Positions 1-13,500 of a stretch of DNA of 64,000 bases are shown in pieces; position 1 is the stretch's first letter, and the number at the start of each line of letters is the position of its first letter. The notes beneath the pieces are model-generated. The model was not told where the DNA came from. It did not search any database and worked only from the letters and a program-made list of their open reading frames with translations. This DNA comes from Sphaerodactylus townsendi (lineage: Eukaryota), in assembly GCF_021028975.2 (NCBI RefSeq), contig NC_059435.1, positions 29,636,001-29,700,000 of the forward strand, given 5' to 3'. Position numbers and translations under genes: made by a program.

Positions 1-279
1 GCATGCATGGAGGCGTGTGGGAAGATAAGGAACGAGGAAGAAAGGCGAAATAACTCAGAGAAACACCAGTGGGAAGAGGAGAAGAGAGAAAACGAGGGGA
101 CGCTGCAGTGCAAGAAAGAACCCTTGTTGGGAAACACAGGAGAGAAGTGCAAGGTTGTCCGTCAATAGACATTAAACGGACTCAAATATTGATAAGGGCA
201 GTCTTTATTGACGCTCTGTGCAAGGCAATTAGCCGGACTGCTCCACAGCCAGATCTAGGGGACGTGGACGAGATTTAGC

Positions 280-1000
280 CCGGATAACCCCCACCCTTTC
301 CCTCTTGTAGCTGGGGACGGCGGGGGGCGCTGGGATGTTCCTGTTAGGAGATTTACGCACGAGTAGGGGACACCTCTCTTGCCCCCCGCCCCCACCTTTG
401 GCCGACACGACCCCCTCCCCACCCTCTTACCAAGCTGCTCTCCTCCCAGCCTTCACTTCCCGAGCTTGGATTCCTGTCGGCGGCGGCAGCAGCGACAGCT
501 CCCGCGCATCCTCGCCGTCTCAGTCCCGTGCCAAGCGCGCGCTCCTTCCTCCGGGTTTCCCTCCGCGCCCCATTCACTTCCGCAGCCAGCAGCGGGCGAG
601 GAGCGGAAGGGCCTAAAGAGGCAGAGGCGAGAGCTGCCGGAGAGGGTGGCGCATGCGCTCCGAGGTAGCGCTGATGGTGGGGAAGACGGGGGCCGGTTGC
701 GAGGAGGGCGCAAGCACTACGGGGCAAAGCCGTCTGGAAGCGCTTGCGGCCCTGTTCGCTTGTCCCGCGCCATGGCCGGCTTGTTGCGACTGAGGGAGGG
801 TCCGGGTTTGAACCGGGCGGGGGGCATGAGAGGGAAGGGGGCGACCTCTGGACGCCGCTGGGCTAACGAGATAAACTCGACGGCGGCACTTGCTTTTGAG
901 TGAAACGGGGGGGAACCATTGGACTCTTAAGCGCGCGCTTGGAAAGGAAGGGCGCACTCGTCAAGCGCGCGCGCGCGCGCCTTCATGCACTCTTCAGTTA
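280..1000 (-). promoter_or_regulatory. CpG-island promoter of a minus-strand gene, probably ATP2C1 (SPCA1)
   Basis: CpG-dense and GC-rich; ETS/GABP cores ACTTCCG (~576-582) and CGGAAG (604-609); NRF1-like GCGCATGCGC at 649-658; (GC)8 at 965-980. Gene identity is inferred only from the human head-to-head arrangement of ATP2C1 and PIK3R4. Confidence 0.7.
431..600 (-). other. Probable non-coding first exon of the minus-strand gene (ATP2C1 candidate); TSS approximate
   Basis: Strong minus-strand donor AGCTTG|GTAAGAG (GT at 430-429) inside the CpG island. A candidate downstream acceptor (ttctttcttgcactgcag, AG at 104-103) would open the next exon, which runs off the window. Confidence 0.55.
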
Positions 1001-4000
1001 AGCACCAAAGCAGGAGGAGACCTCTTGGTTCGCTTCTCTGTAAAACATAATTCCAAAGGCTTGCTTAAAAACAAACAAACCGCAGGGTGGGGGATCCTCC
1101 GAAGATGCTCTTTTTAATTATCTCGGAGTCCCTCATGTGGGCAGACGACACAGGCTGCTGTAGGGGAGCATTTTATCCAGCAATTCTGACTCAAGGGTCT
1201 CAAAAAAAGTCCCTATATCAAATAAATATCACCACCCGTCCCGTGTGTCCTCCTATGTATTGCCAGCCCACACCCAGTTCTTCATTTGAAGAGACAAATT
1301 GCCTGGTCAAACCCCAAAGTATTGCATAATCCATTTTGTGGTCAGTCAGACAATATGGGGCATGCCTTCCAGTGGAGTATTTTTTTAAAAGGCGCCTTAC
1401 GAGCAGTAGGTGCATCTGTTTTACAGTATATCAGGCTTGTTCGCAATTATGAAGCGCATCTGAGTTGATCCAGCTGACTGGAAACATTCGGGCAAATTTC
1501 TTGTGTTCCGGGTCCAATGTTTTTCACTAAAATGTGGTTTTGAAATTATCAAGGTGTTGTGATTCTGAAATTAAATGTGTGTAGCACAAAAATCATATTT
1601 CTGTCTTTTAAACAAAAGTAGGCATTTTTATTAAAAGTGAAATAATTTATATCTTGGAGGAAATGGCCCATCCATCAATCCACAAGTGATTTCTTACCTA
1701 TCTCTTCCAACTACAACAAGCCGCTTTAGCAGTTGTCATGCTGTATCTGCAATTACACGGACAGCTTTCCAGCAGTGCCAGGAGCAGGGAAAAGTCCTGA
1801 AATCACCACCACACCACCACCACCCTTAGGGCATACAGGATTTACCCCATCAAAAAGGTGGCATATGTCTGAGGGAAGGGGCACCACGTTCCCAACTCTT
1901 AGCCCGGGTGGGAGCCAGCTAATGTCAGCTCTGTGCTCTGGAATGTCCTGGCTCCCACCTCCCACCTCGGCATCAAGCAGTACACCAGTGCAGCCCTGCC
2001 ACAGCACGGACTTCTGGATTTTGTGGCGGTGGCGGGACTGTGGGATGGGTGGCCCCCAGCTGTCTGCCCCCTCCGTCAGGTTAGGGGGCCCAGGGAGGAT
2101 AAATGCACCAGTGCAAAGTCACAGTGCCCCCTTAAGCCCTTTTGCCCACCCTACCCCCCATTTGGATGGGGCTGTTAATCTATTGCATTCTCTTAACAGT
2201 TTTTAGTATTAAGACATTTATTTTATGCTAATGTTCACTATAGGCTCATCCTTCAATCTGCTACTGGCTAGTTATTAATTCACCACTTACCCTGCAACTG
2301 TTTTCTTCACAGTTGGGCTTTTCTGCAGTTTTTTGTTTGCCCAGGGATTCTCCTCCTGTGAAGTGTCCTAGCTGAGCCAATTCACCTTTTTGCCTGTCTG
2401 CCACTTCCTCATTGTTTCCATGTTACTTCCATTTGGAGAGGTTGGCAGTCACTTTTTTTCCTGACATCTTTGATCTAACATTAGGCCTTTCATGCATGCA
2501 CCACTTATCCTAAGTCTGTTTGCTTTACAGTGGGTTTTTCCCATTTTTTTTTGTTTATATAGGGATTCTCCTGCCACAAAGTATCCTTAGCCAAGCCACT
2601 CCGCCATTATGCCCACCATCACCACCACCCCACTTCCTTGCTCTTTCCAAGCAACCTCCATCTTGAGAGGTTATCTGCCACTTTTTTTTGGTGCCATGTA
2701 AATGTTACCTCTATTGCTGGAGCATTACACCCTCAGCACGATTGTTTTTTTAAAAAAGAAAAGCCTTTTGATTCTTCTGACGTGGTGACCAGAAGAGCAA
2801 CAGAAACTGTTATTGTGTGGCTGGAGGAAGACTGGGAGGAGTGAGAAAACCCAAAGAAAGCTAAATGCATGCTAATCTCCTTTACTTTTCCTGGGAAAAT
2901 CACATTTTGGAGCTTTCAAAAACCATGGGGATTCTCTGATCTGAAAGTGGGTTGACTCCTGAAGAAAGGGAAACGTGTGTGTAACTGAGACTCAAACCTG
3001 AAGGGAATGTATGTTCAATGCAAAGAAGACCACAAGTGTGAAAATGACCATTAACTTGATGAGTGCAAGTGAGAAACCAACGGTTTAAAACTAGGCCCAG
3101 GAGCATCTATTAAATTGTGCGTAAATGGCACAAAAAGTCATGGCACAATAACAGCTTGACTAATTTGGATAAAGTGTCTTCTTGCTACTATAGATTAAGA
3201 ACTATTTGTTCATTTGCTTCTACTGTATATAAAAGGTACTAAACTTAATTTTTGAAAATTGTAAACCTGCAGCAGAACATGGAAGGAAAGCACACGTGGA
3301 CATTCCCTACTTGCAACCATTCTGATATTTGTCCTGGGAATTATTATTGTCCTTACACTTTACACAAATTCAAGCACTAAGCCCACTATGTCACGGTCAC
3401 TTCCCTTCAAATTTCCAATGCATCTCATACAAGAGAAGTATGCCCCTTTCAAAGATTGTTTTACCAGTCACAGGGGACTGATCTAACTCAGCTTACTTCA
3501 GTCCCCAGATTCGATAAAAGCTGAAAAATAATATCTCCCAATCACTGTAGCAGCGAGTGGGAAGGAGAAGACTAAAAAAAAACCCCACTACACTGCAGGC
3601 ATATTCACCACAAACAATTCAGAACAAGAAGCATCAATAATCCACACTAGAACTAGCAGACACAGTGCTATCAAATGTTTAAGTAATAAGCAGTCTGGAG
3701 GCTAAACAATTTCATCAGAAAGAGAACGGAGATTAGATAATACATTCCAAAAGCACTTTCAAAGATCTCCATATACATTAGTTCATTAATACTTACAATA
3801 GTCCTGTATGACAGGCTATCACTATCCCTACACTGTAGCTGAGGCTGACAAGATATTGGATAGCTGAAGTCCATATTTTGAGTTCACAGGAGAGGAGGCA
3901 TTTAAAACAGGGGTTCCCAGTTCATGTCAGTTTCAGCCACTATATACCAATATCTTTGGGGAAACACATTGCAAAATAAATTGGAACTGGATACTTCAGT

Positions 4001-4001
4001 T

Positions 4002-4144
4002 GGGCTCATTCCGCACATGCAGAATAATGCACTTTCAAACTGCTTTCAGTGCTCTTTGAAGCTGTCCGGAATAGCAAAATCCACTTGCAAATGGTTGTGA
4101 AAGTGGTTTGAAAATGCATTATTTTGTGTGTGCGGAAGGGGCCT
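4002..4144. mobile_element. Short PIF/Harbinger-like MITE (palindromic)
   Basis: Inverted termini ggctcattccgcacatgcagaataatgc / gcattattttgtgtgtgcggaaggggcc; same family as 22076-22214 and 53620-53760. Confidence 0.75.
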
Positions 4145-4927
4145 TAGAGAAGATCAGTCCTACTTTCCCACTTGAGAGAGTTTGTTTTAGAAAGTCATAG
4201 CACCGTTAATGCAAAGTGATACACTGGCTCATATGCAAAAACTCTAGCCTCTGTGCAAGAGCATATCAGTCTTCTTTCAGTGTCAGTAGAACTTCGACCC
4301 TATTCTCAGCACAACAGCTGCCAATGGAACTGCTGCACCAGTGCTGTCCCTTTGCCAATACAGGTTTTTCAGTTAATGGAGTTGCTTCATAACAGAAGGA
4401 CAAAGGAAGGTCAACAATCCCTAACACTCCAGCTGCATTCAGACACCACAATAAACCATGCCCTTTAAACTGGGATTCCATCAACCCACAATTAGTTTAA
4501 AGCTAGAACTAGCTTTAAACTGGGATGAGTAGCTTGTTTGTTAACCAGTTTATTGAGGATTACTGCCTGTTGCAGCTATTGGGGCCACTGCGAGTAGCAG
4601 TGCTGGACTAGATGGACTGTGGTCTGTTCCAGCAGGCTCTTTCTTATGTTCTTATGGGGCGTAGGGACAGCAACATAGGGAAGATACTGGATATCAACAT
4701 CTGGTGGAATTGTTTCTCCTATTTTGTAATTTGGTTTGAGCAAAAAACATGAGTTGTAAATGAATGCTGAGAAGTAGAGAAGCAGGGAAAAAAGCAGATA
4801 CACTGTGATATGTTCTGCCTGTTACTCTGCACAAACTGTAGTTTAATTGAACTATGACACTTGAAACTCAGGCCCCTTCCGCACGGAGGCGGAAGGGGTT
4901 TAATTGAACTATGACACTTGAAGCTCA

Positions 4928-5278
4928 GGCCCCTTCCGCATGGAGGCGGAAGGGGTTGGATCGGCGTAATCTACGCCGACCCGACGACGCTAAGACCGTC
5001 CGCATGGATGGTCCCAGAACCGGCTGGGACGACTGCACCGCGGAGCATCGTCGCCCAGCCGACCCGCCTCTTCCCTGTCCCTCTCCCGTCACCTCCGTCG
5101 CCCTGCTGGCCTCCATAGACCCGACCACGCTGCCCTCTGACCTCCCGCCCTGGGGGAGGAGGAAGGGAGCCAGGTCGGCGCTGCTGTGTTTTGGCAGCGC
5201 CGCCTGTGCAAACGGCTCCCTGGGGACAGTGTTTTTGCCGTCCCCAGGGCGTCGTTATTGGCCCGTGCGGAAAGGGCC
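4928..5278. mobile_element. GC-rich PIF/Harbinger-like MITE
   Basis: TIRs ggccccttccgca / tgcggaaagggcc with TCA/TGA flanks; CpG-rich interior. Confidence 0.75.
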
Positions 5279-6191
5279 TGAGTTGCCTGTCAGAGCCAGT
5301 ATGAGTCCCTGGATGCTGTGACAAAGTTTAAGATGTGCCAAAGGCACATGGCAATAGAGTAAAGGAAATGGCATGGCAGGATAACCAGCTAGAACAATCT
5401 TTCAAATTGAATTATTTCAATCAGATATTTATACCCAATATTTTCCTTGTGTTGTTGCATTTGCTAGCAACCTTCTGTATTCTTGAGGTAGAATCCCAGA
5501 GTATGAGGCTTAAAGGACTGCATGATAAAGCAAGATGTAAAGCCTCAGACAATTGTCCCAACTCTGCTGCAGACAATGAAAACTGATTTAAATGCAGCTG
5601 GATTTATATATGGAAGCTATTGGCACTGTGGGGAAAAAACAGATAGAAGGTTTACATTAATTTTATTGATTTTTGCAAGTAATTTATTTGTTTAATAACT
5701 TTTTACTAACAGCTGAAGAAAACTCTAGCTATGATATTGTGATGGACAAGTCAGGGGAGTTTTGAACACCAAGGAAAAGATTAGTATGGAAAACATTTCC
5801 AAACAAGACAAAATTAAGCAGCAGCCTTTCAGACTTCTGTTGCCAAACTCCAAATGCATTGCTTTAGAGAACTTGCCAACTTCCTAATAAAGAATCAAAT
5901 CATCCTGGTAGGTAATAAGTGTAAAGGGATAAGCATGTTGCTAGGAGTTCCAAATCACATTTTGGCAAGCTGCAGAAGTCATCCAAAAGACACCAGACTT
6001 CCTAGAAGGAAAGATTTCTGCTGAGGATTTATGTGGCTGGTTGGCTGAGATCCTTCCTGCATTCTATTATGTCTAAAATCTAAGCCTTGTCTTCTATCTT
6101 ATTGCCAATTTAAGAATCAGCAAAACAATTGTGTCACAAGCTTGGAGATTCCCAATTTATGCAGAATAATGCAGCTTTGTAAATTAACTAA

Positions 6192-6678
6192 GGCCGTTTC
6201 TGCACGGCCAGGAGGCGCCCCCACGCCGGCAGGAGTTCTGCCGGCGTGGGGGCGGGAGCCTGCTCGCACGCAAGCGTGCGAGCAGGCGAAGGGGAGGCCG
6301 GCAGACGGCAGGCGGCTCTGCACGGAGCCGCCTCTGCGCCCTCCCCCCCACTCCGCGGTGTCCTCCTGCATTTAAGCCTGCGAGGCGTCACAGCCCGCCC
6401 GCGCTGCCCCTCCGGCCCCTGGAGGTGGGAGGACAGTGTGGGCGAGACTGCGACGCCCCGCAGGCTTAATGCAGGAGGACTGGGCGGAGACGGGAGACAG
6501 CGTCTTCCCGGCGGCGCGGTTCGCACCACGCCGCAGGGAAGACGCTCCCTCCCCAAGAACAACCCTCCCTCCCCAAGAACAACAAGCGTTGCAGCAGCGG
6601 CGCCTGTGCGAACGGCGGCCTGGGGGCGCCTTTTTTGGCGCCCCCAGGCCGTCATAAATGGGCCGTGCGGAAGCGGCC
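6192..6678. mobile_element. GC-rich PIF/Harbinger-like MITE with TAA TSD
   Basis: TAA|ggccgtttctgcacggcc ... ggccgtgcggaagcggcc|TAA (TSD 6189-6191 and 6679-6681). Confidence 0.85.
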
Positions 6679-8842
6679 TAAAAGACTACCTCCTTCCAAA
6701 AATCTCATATTCCAGGAAGCATGGAATATACAGAACAATCGATGACTATCTAAGGAAAAACAGGAAAGCCAAGGAAGATGGAGGGAACTGGCCTGGTCAG
6801 GACTGATAGAATCCTAGGCAAAGAGATGTGAAAAGAGATGAAATTTCCAGTAGTTCCTCCTACCCCCAGCATCCACCTTGTTTCTCCAAAATTATGTTGA
6901 TGGCCTTCCCCCATTGGTGGCTGTGGGAACCTAGGAACCCTATGAAGGAAGCAAAATGGTGCCATGCACAAAGAAAGAGGTTTCATACCACGTGTACCCA
7001 CCCCTCAGATATGCAGGAAAATACTGCCCCTTCACAGAAGAGAACCAAATAGGTATAGGGCTATGAGCATTTCCCCATGTTGCCATTAGGCTTGGTGATT
7101 CTGTAAATAAACTACCAAAACTGCGGGAAAATCCAAGACGAATACTGAGAAACCCGAATAAATACTCAGATTTTGGATTTCCCAAGGCCTGGTCTTTATG
7201 GTAGCTCCAAAAAACCCTCCAAAAAACCCTGAAAAAATAGCCTTGAGCTCATTTTCCAAGGGAAGATGGGCAACCCTTTTTGAGGGCCCATAACATTGGA
7301 CCCCTGCGCCAAACTTTACCATACTTGGGTGTTCTTCTCAAGAGAGTATGAGAAAGTCATCCCACAAATTTGGTGTCTCTACCTGGAAAACACCACTCCT
7401 CTGGAACCTCCCCCCCCCCCCCGGTTCCCCAAAGGTTACAATGGAGCCGAATATTTTCAGCTATTCCCGGAAATGCAAAAATATTCTTGTTATCAATACC
7501 AGTATTTGGGGAGGGGTTGGCTTTACCAATAATTTTTAAAGCCTGAAAAACCCAAATCTGAATTTTACTTTCCAGTGAAGCATAAATTTTACTACAGGTG
7601 AACACTTAAATGGAGACCCTCCTCCCTCCCATTCCATCATGCTAACAAGTTGCATGAATTGGTCTAAAGTTTTTTCTTAACTGTTTTATCAAAGCAGCTA
7701 CCTTTATCAGGTTATACTAATGTCATGACAGCAAGATGGTAAGATTACTGTGAATTATTTTAATAATCTGTTAACGATATTATAAATAGCAAATTTGTCT
7801 CCAAAGCAGTAATTTCCCAGTCTTTGTCTCCCAACAGAATAATTAAAATAAGAGAGTGAGGTGATTAAGTCCTAATTGGCATATGAAAGACTGAATAGTA
7901 AATCTTTAAGCTTTTTTGTAGGAGCTCTTTTCAAAGAAAATCTTCAAATGCCAAAGGGAACTTTTAAACCATTTTGATAAGAAAGAGTACTAGAGTATTT
8001 TATATGTATAACTTGTATCCAATTCAAATTCAACCATTTCAATCATTTTAATATAATGAGGAGGGAAATTTGTGCCTCGAAATATTTCACAAGAATACAT
8101 ACAAAATTAAGAGCAATCTATTGCAAGTAATATCTACCCTGAGAAAACACAGCATCACAAGAAAACTGCACAACCAACAAGGGGACTTCTGAAGTCCTAA
8201 AAATAAGACACTGCTAGCAAAAATATGCATTTTGTAGTGTGTTTTAATGGCCATAAGCTACAAGGTATGTTGGGAAAATGCAACATTTGAATTCGTGTGA
8301 AAAGTCTGCACTAGAGGTGGTGATTTGAATTATTCTGCTTGCACATAGTGGACCTTTGCGATTAGGGAGAGACGCAGGGACTCTAGCCAAGTTGCTTGCA
8401 GAGAGCAACAAGCAACACCCCCCTCTGGGGGGGGGGGGAGTTCTTCCCACTCCGGCTTCTCAACAGCAGGGAGAATTGAAATGTTTTGGGTTTGGATTTT
8501 TTAAATCCAAGACATTTCAGTAAAAGCCAAAGGTTTTCAAGTTTCAAAAACCTAAACCACAAATTCACCAAGCGCAATTGTATGTGCTCAGCCCTAGTCT
8601 GAACTGAACCAATTTCCCAAGAACTTCAGTGTCCCAAAGTTCTAGTATTATAGGGGAGGGAGAAAAACACGTTCTCAGTCCACTTTCTTTTTCCACAATA
8701 TTTCCCCTCAGTTATTTTTTTTTCTAGACTGAAAAGTCCCAGACTCTCCAGCCTTTCCTCATAGGAAAGGTGCTCCAACTCCTTAATCATAGTGGTTTCC
8801 CTCCTCAGTACTTTTTTTCCTGCTCTGTAGCATTGTTTTTGA

Positions 8843-9140
8843 GGATCTTGGTCATCTAGAGATCAACTGTAATAACAGGAGATCTCCAGGGTGCTACCAG
8901 GAGGTTGGCAACCCTAAATACAGGGCTGCCAACTCTGGGTTGGGAAGTACATGGAGATTTGGAGGTTGGCGACTGAGGAGGGTGAGGTTTGGGGAGGACA
9001 GGGATTTCAATGGGATATAATGCCACATAATCCATCTTCTGAAGTGGCCATTTTCTCCTGGTGAACTGATCTATGTTGCCTGGGGATCAGTTGTAATAGT
9101 GGGCAATCTTCAGCTGCCACCAGGTGGTTGACAATCCTAC
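8843..9140. mobile_element. Abundant non-autonomous element with (A)GGGTTGCCA-type ends; related copies at ~10740-11030, ~12540-12650, ~27010-27135, ~27600-27690, ~30400-30635
   Basis: Recurrent motifs ggttggcaacccta, gatcagttgtaat and ttttctcc..g.gaactgatc shared among the copies. Confidence 0.6.
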
Positions 9141-9971
9141 TTACATACTGGTCTACCCATTTTACCACCATTATATGATCTGAAAAGCATGTTCCATATT
9201 TATAATGTCATGCCCTTAAAAACTGTCAAGAGGCCAGTCCTGCTAAAATGGCAGCTAAATGGTTTGATCTGAACTCTGAATTGTCACAGTCTTCCTTCCT
9301 AGGAAGAGGCAGACAGGCTCCCCAAGGAGGTTTCAGACAGTTGAGAAGTAATCGTGTGCTTGGGTTATATTGGCGTTAAGCCTGCGGTCTTTTTATTGTT
9401 CAGGATATAAATCTAATCCATACATTAATGTCTGAAACTTAACTGTTTTATTTAACAATAGCAAAATATCTGTACAATGGGAAAAGAGCCTTTAAAATGA
9501 AGGGTATTTGTCAAGTACAGCCCACCCTTATATGTTCTGCAGACAGAAATACTGCCAACCCCCACTGAGATCCAGAACAGGACCCCCTTTCTCATATCAC
9601 CCAGCCCAGGGGCAGAGCAAGGGGGAAGTGCACCCGAGGCATGCGTGCACCCTATGCTCCTGCCATGTCCCGTCCCCCTGGAACGCCCTTGCCACGTCCT
9701 CGCCACGCAGGAGTGCACGCCTGGGGCGTCGCACACACCCCCATCCCCTTGGCACTATGCCACTGACCCAGTCCTAAAGCAAATATCACATGAAAACCAA
9801 TATTTCCCTTCTCACATCACCTATCTCCAATGCAAATATCATATTGAAACTCAACTGGATGAAAAGTCTCCAGAATAATAACCAAGGCCCCTGGAATTCT
9901 CCCCCATCTCCCCACTGCTGCTCCAGCAACCCTTTAAACTGCTACAAGATTCTTGCCAGTGAGGGCAAAAT

Positions 9972-10500
9972 AGAAGAAGAGTTTGAATTTATACCCCACC
10001 TTTCTCTCCTGTAGGGAGGCTCAAGGTGGCCTACAAACTCATTTCCCTTCCTCTCCCCACAACAGACACCTTGTGAAGTAGGTGGAGCTGAGAGAGTTCT
10101 GAAGAACTACCCTGTTTCCCCGAATATAAGACATCCCCTAAAAATAAGACATAGTAGAGGTTTTGCTGAAGTGCGAAATATAAGGCATCCCCCAAAAGTA
10201 AGACATAGCAAAGTTTTTGTTTGGAAGCATGCCCGACGAACAGAACACAGAAAAATAAGACATCCCCTGAAAATAAGACATAGCGCATCTTTAGGAGCAA
10301 AAATTAATATAAGACACTGTCTTATATTCAGGGAAACACGGTAAGACTAGCCCAAGGTCACTCAGCAGGTATCATGTGGAAGAGAAGGGAAACAAATCGA
10401 GTTCACCAGGTAAGAGTCCACCACTCATGTGGAGGAGTGGGAAATCAAACTCAGTTCGCCAGATTAGAGTCCACTTGCTCTCTAAACCACTGCACCACGC
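9972..10500 (-). mobile_element. tRNA-derived CORE SINE (Squam3-like), interrupted by a Tc1/mariner MITE
   Basis: gactagcccaaggtcac core, gaagaaga tail and tRNA-like head (rc gcgtggtgcagtggtttagag); similar to 25211-25471 and 39017-39312. Confidence 0.75.
10110..10341. mobile_element. Tc1/mariner (Tc2/pogo-type) MITE with TA TSD, nested in a SINE
   Basis: TA|ccctgtttccccgaatataagac ... gtcttatattcagggaaacacgg|TA; internal repeats of ataagaca(t). Confidence 0.85.
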
Positions 10501-13500
10501 TATGCAGTTTGCCCTTACCACAAAATCCATCTTCCTTTCCTTAAACAAAATTATGGCACCCATTTACCTGTACAGTAAGAGGTACAAGCATGGATACTGT
10601 TGTGGAGGGAGAGTTATACCATTGATCAGTTTGGCCCAGTACTTTATATTTGGAGTGGCACAGCTCTCCAGCATTTCAGGCAGAGAAATGTACATGCTAC
10701 CTGGGGTCCTTTAACAAGTGACCCCATTGATCCCGGGGCTTCCTGCATGCAAAACATATTGCCTCCCATTTCCTCCAGGGGAATTTACCTATGCAATATG
10801 GAAATCAGTTGTAATTCCAGGAAAACTCTAAGCCCCATCTGGAGGTTAATTACAACTGCCCTCCATGCAACAGAGACCGATTCCCCTAGAGGAAATGGCA
10901 GCTTCAAAGGATGGTCTGTGTGGCATCACACCACCACTGAGTTCCCCCAATTTCCGAAATTCTGCCATCCCCAGCAAGGCCCCGCTCCAATTTCCAGGAA
11001 TTTCTTAAGCCATAGTTGCCAACACTAGCTACTGTAGAATAGGCCCAAGGCAGTTCCATGCACAACAATCTTCAGTAAATGGCATCAAACAGTGATGTAA
11101 CTTTTTTTTAAAGTAGGAAGGTACTAATACATTTTCCCAGACCAATTTCCACAGGAAAATAACTTCAACCGACTTTTCAGAAGCAACGTTGCCACACTGG
11201 AATTGCTACTTCTCCTTACTGCGACAGCAGTGTTTCAACCTCCATTCACCTGGTTCAGTAACACTTGCCTCTCCCAGAGTTCTGTTAATTTTTCCTACAT
11301 CACTGCAAGTTTCCCAGGTGCCGAGACTAGAAGCTTGGTGCAGCAGCTTTTCAGATTATATGATCATCCTCCGTGCTGGTTTCTTTTAAAAGCAGCTAAG
11401 CAAGTTTTCTTCAGCGGTATGTCATTAAGGACTGACACACCTAGGGCAAAAATCTCACATGTGTGAACAGCTATTTCTCCTATCCCATTGTAAAGACATG
11501 AAGCCAACTACCCTATAAAACCCTTTTCTTGTTCAGCTGCCAAATGCCAGATGTTCAAAACACAGGACCGACCATCAATGCCCAACATTAGAAGACATTT
11601 CACAACCACAGCCTATACTGGGAAGGATTCCAGGGGAAGGCTAGATAAGTGCCATATCATTTCCCTCCTGACATGACAAGGCAGCCCAACCTCTTCATAT
11701 CTCAGCATACCATGATAACAATGTACTACTTTGGCAATGCACTTTCCCCAACACAAAAGAGAAACCCAAACTTTCCTGTAATTCAGGCCTGCCGGGCCAA
11801 CTGCAAGAGGTTCTTTTTGCCTAGTGCATCTTTCGTCCAGCTAAAAAGACTTCTCATTTTGCTCCCTTGGAGAATTAGATTAGGGGAATTTGTGCCAAAG
11901 AAATGATTTCATTATTAGACAGAGTTGCTAGGGAGTTAATGGGATGACGTGGAAATTCTAGATGGCTAATAAGCTAAGCAGAATTTCTAATTGCAGGTAC
12001 AAGAAGGACGCTTGTGGAACTAGAATCTGTGCTAAAATAAAATGCAAAAAGAATGAAACACACAACTTATAATTAAACACTGGGATTGCAAATGCTGAAA
12101 CACGCCCCCAAAATTTAAAAGTCCCCAAATCTTTTATTGCCACAATAGTAGACTTAACTGATAAACATAACCATAGAAAGAAATCTGGTTGTTCCAGTCA
12201 TCGGCAAGCTGAACAAAAGAGCCAAGAGGTTGAATCCAGACTAAACTAGCAATTTTCCCCAATTCCTCTTTCCCTCTGCAGGGCCCCTCCCCCCCATGTT
12301 ACTCCTCAGGGTTCCCCTGGCCCCCAGAAGCCATATTTCATGGAGAACAGTGCATGGAAGGGGGAGCAGAGGGAAAGGGGAGGGTACAGACACTTGATGG
12401 AAATTTAAGTCTGCATCCAGCTCTATGAATAGGCAGTTCTTTAGTGCAGGGGTGCCCACCCTTTTTGATCCTGTGGGAACCTTGGAAATTCTGACCTAGG
12501 ATGGTGGGCACGACCACAGAATGATTGCTGTGGGAGGTAGTTCCCCCTTGGTCTGGCCCTGCCTTCCTGTCCCCAAATCCCACCATCCCCAGGGTTCACC
12601 CGTACCCCAAATCTCCAGGTATTTCTCAATATGGAGCTGGCAACCCTAGATGGGAAGATCAGGCTTCATACCATGAGCACATTCAGTTGCAAGAATGTGG
12701 AGTTGCCTTACTACTTTGGTCATATGAGCCATTTAGAAAACCTCTCTATTTTCCCTCAGGATGGATTTACATAATGATTTGACTGTCATCACGCAGCAGA
12801 CATCCTTGGGCATTGTGGTTTTGAAAACAATTCTGCATATTATAGCAGATTGTCCCTATGATGAATTTGAACCAACTGACCTGAAGCCTGGACTCACTCT
12901 GAACCCATCAAAAGGCAAGGACACCTGGATAATCACTGCAAAATTTAACCATCTGCAGCTAATGGTGGGAGAAATCACTTTGCAAGAAAAAAATGGTTAA
13001 GACTGGCCATGTTAACATTTCCTAGCTCCCTCTTCCCACATGTATGGCTTGCTTCCTGTGATCCTCTGCCCTTCTATATAGAATGGGACATTCTGCCCAT
13101 CATCAAGTTCCCAAGAGCAGATTACTGTGTGTTTTTGTATTCCCCACCCCCCACCGCCGTTTTACTAGGACAGTAGCTTATCTACCAGGACTGTGGGTAG
13201 TTTTGAGATTTAATCCAGTTCTCAACGTCAGTGGAATGCTGCCTCTTTTGCAAGAGGTATAAGTGCTCTACAACCAGAAGCCAGAGTGATAATTAATGCC
13301 TGGAATCCTGCCCTTCGTCAATGTGCTTTGTTCCTAAATGACAGCTTGGCTGCTTCTACTCAGGCCATCTGCCTGCTTGGCAAGCTGCCTCTTCTGCAAG
13401 GTGATCTAACTTTACCACGATCGATCACCATCCGGAGAGGAGCAAAGTGATTTCTTAAACCCCTCATTTGTCCTTCCTTTGGCATAAAGCATATCCATCC

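Noticed and set aside
335-957. Several overlapping 86-174 aa ORFs
   Set aside because: Stop-poor CpG-island sequence with no recognisable protein.
1698-1746. Minus-strand mini-exon (good donor TAG|GTAAGA)
   Set aside because: Weak pyrimidine tract, and its ATG frame ends in a stop at the junction; no other support.
4911-6806. ORFs of 67-186 aa (likewise 28024-28531, 33372-33818, 36406-36906)
   Set aside because: They fall within GC-rich MITEs and have no transposase motifs.
10110-10341. Regularly spaced ataagaca repeats resembling a CRISPR-like array
   Set aside because: Subterminal repeats inside a TA-flanked Tc1/mariner MITE in a vertebrate genome.
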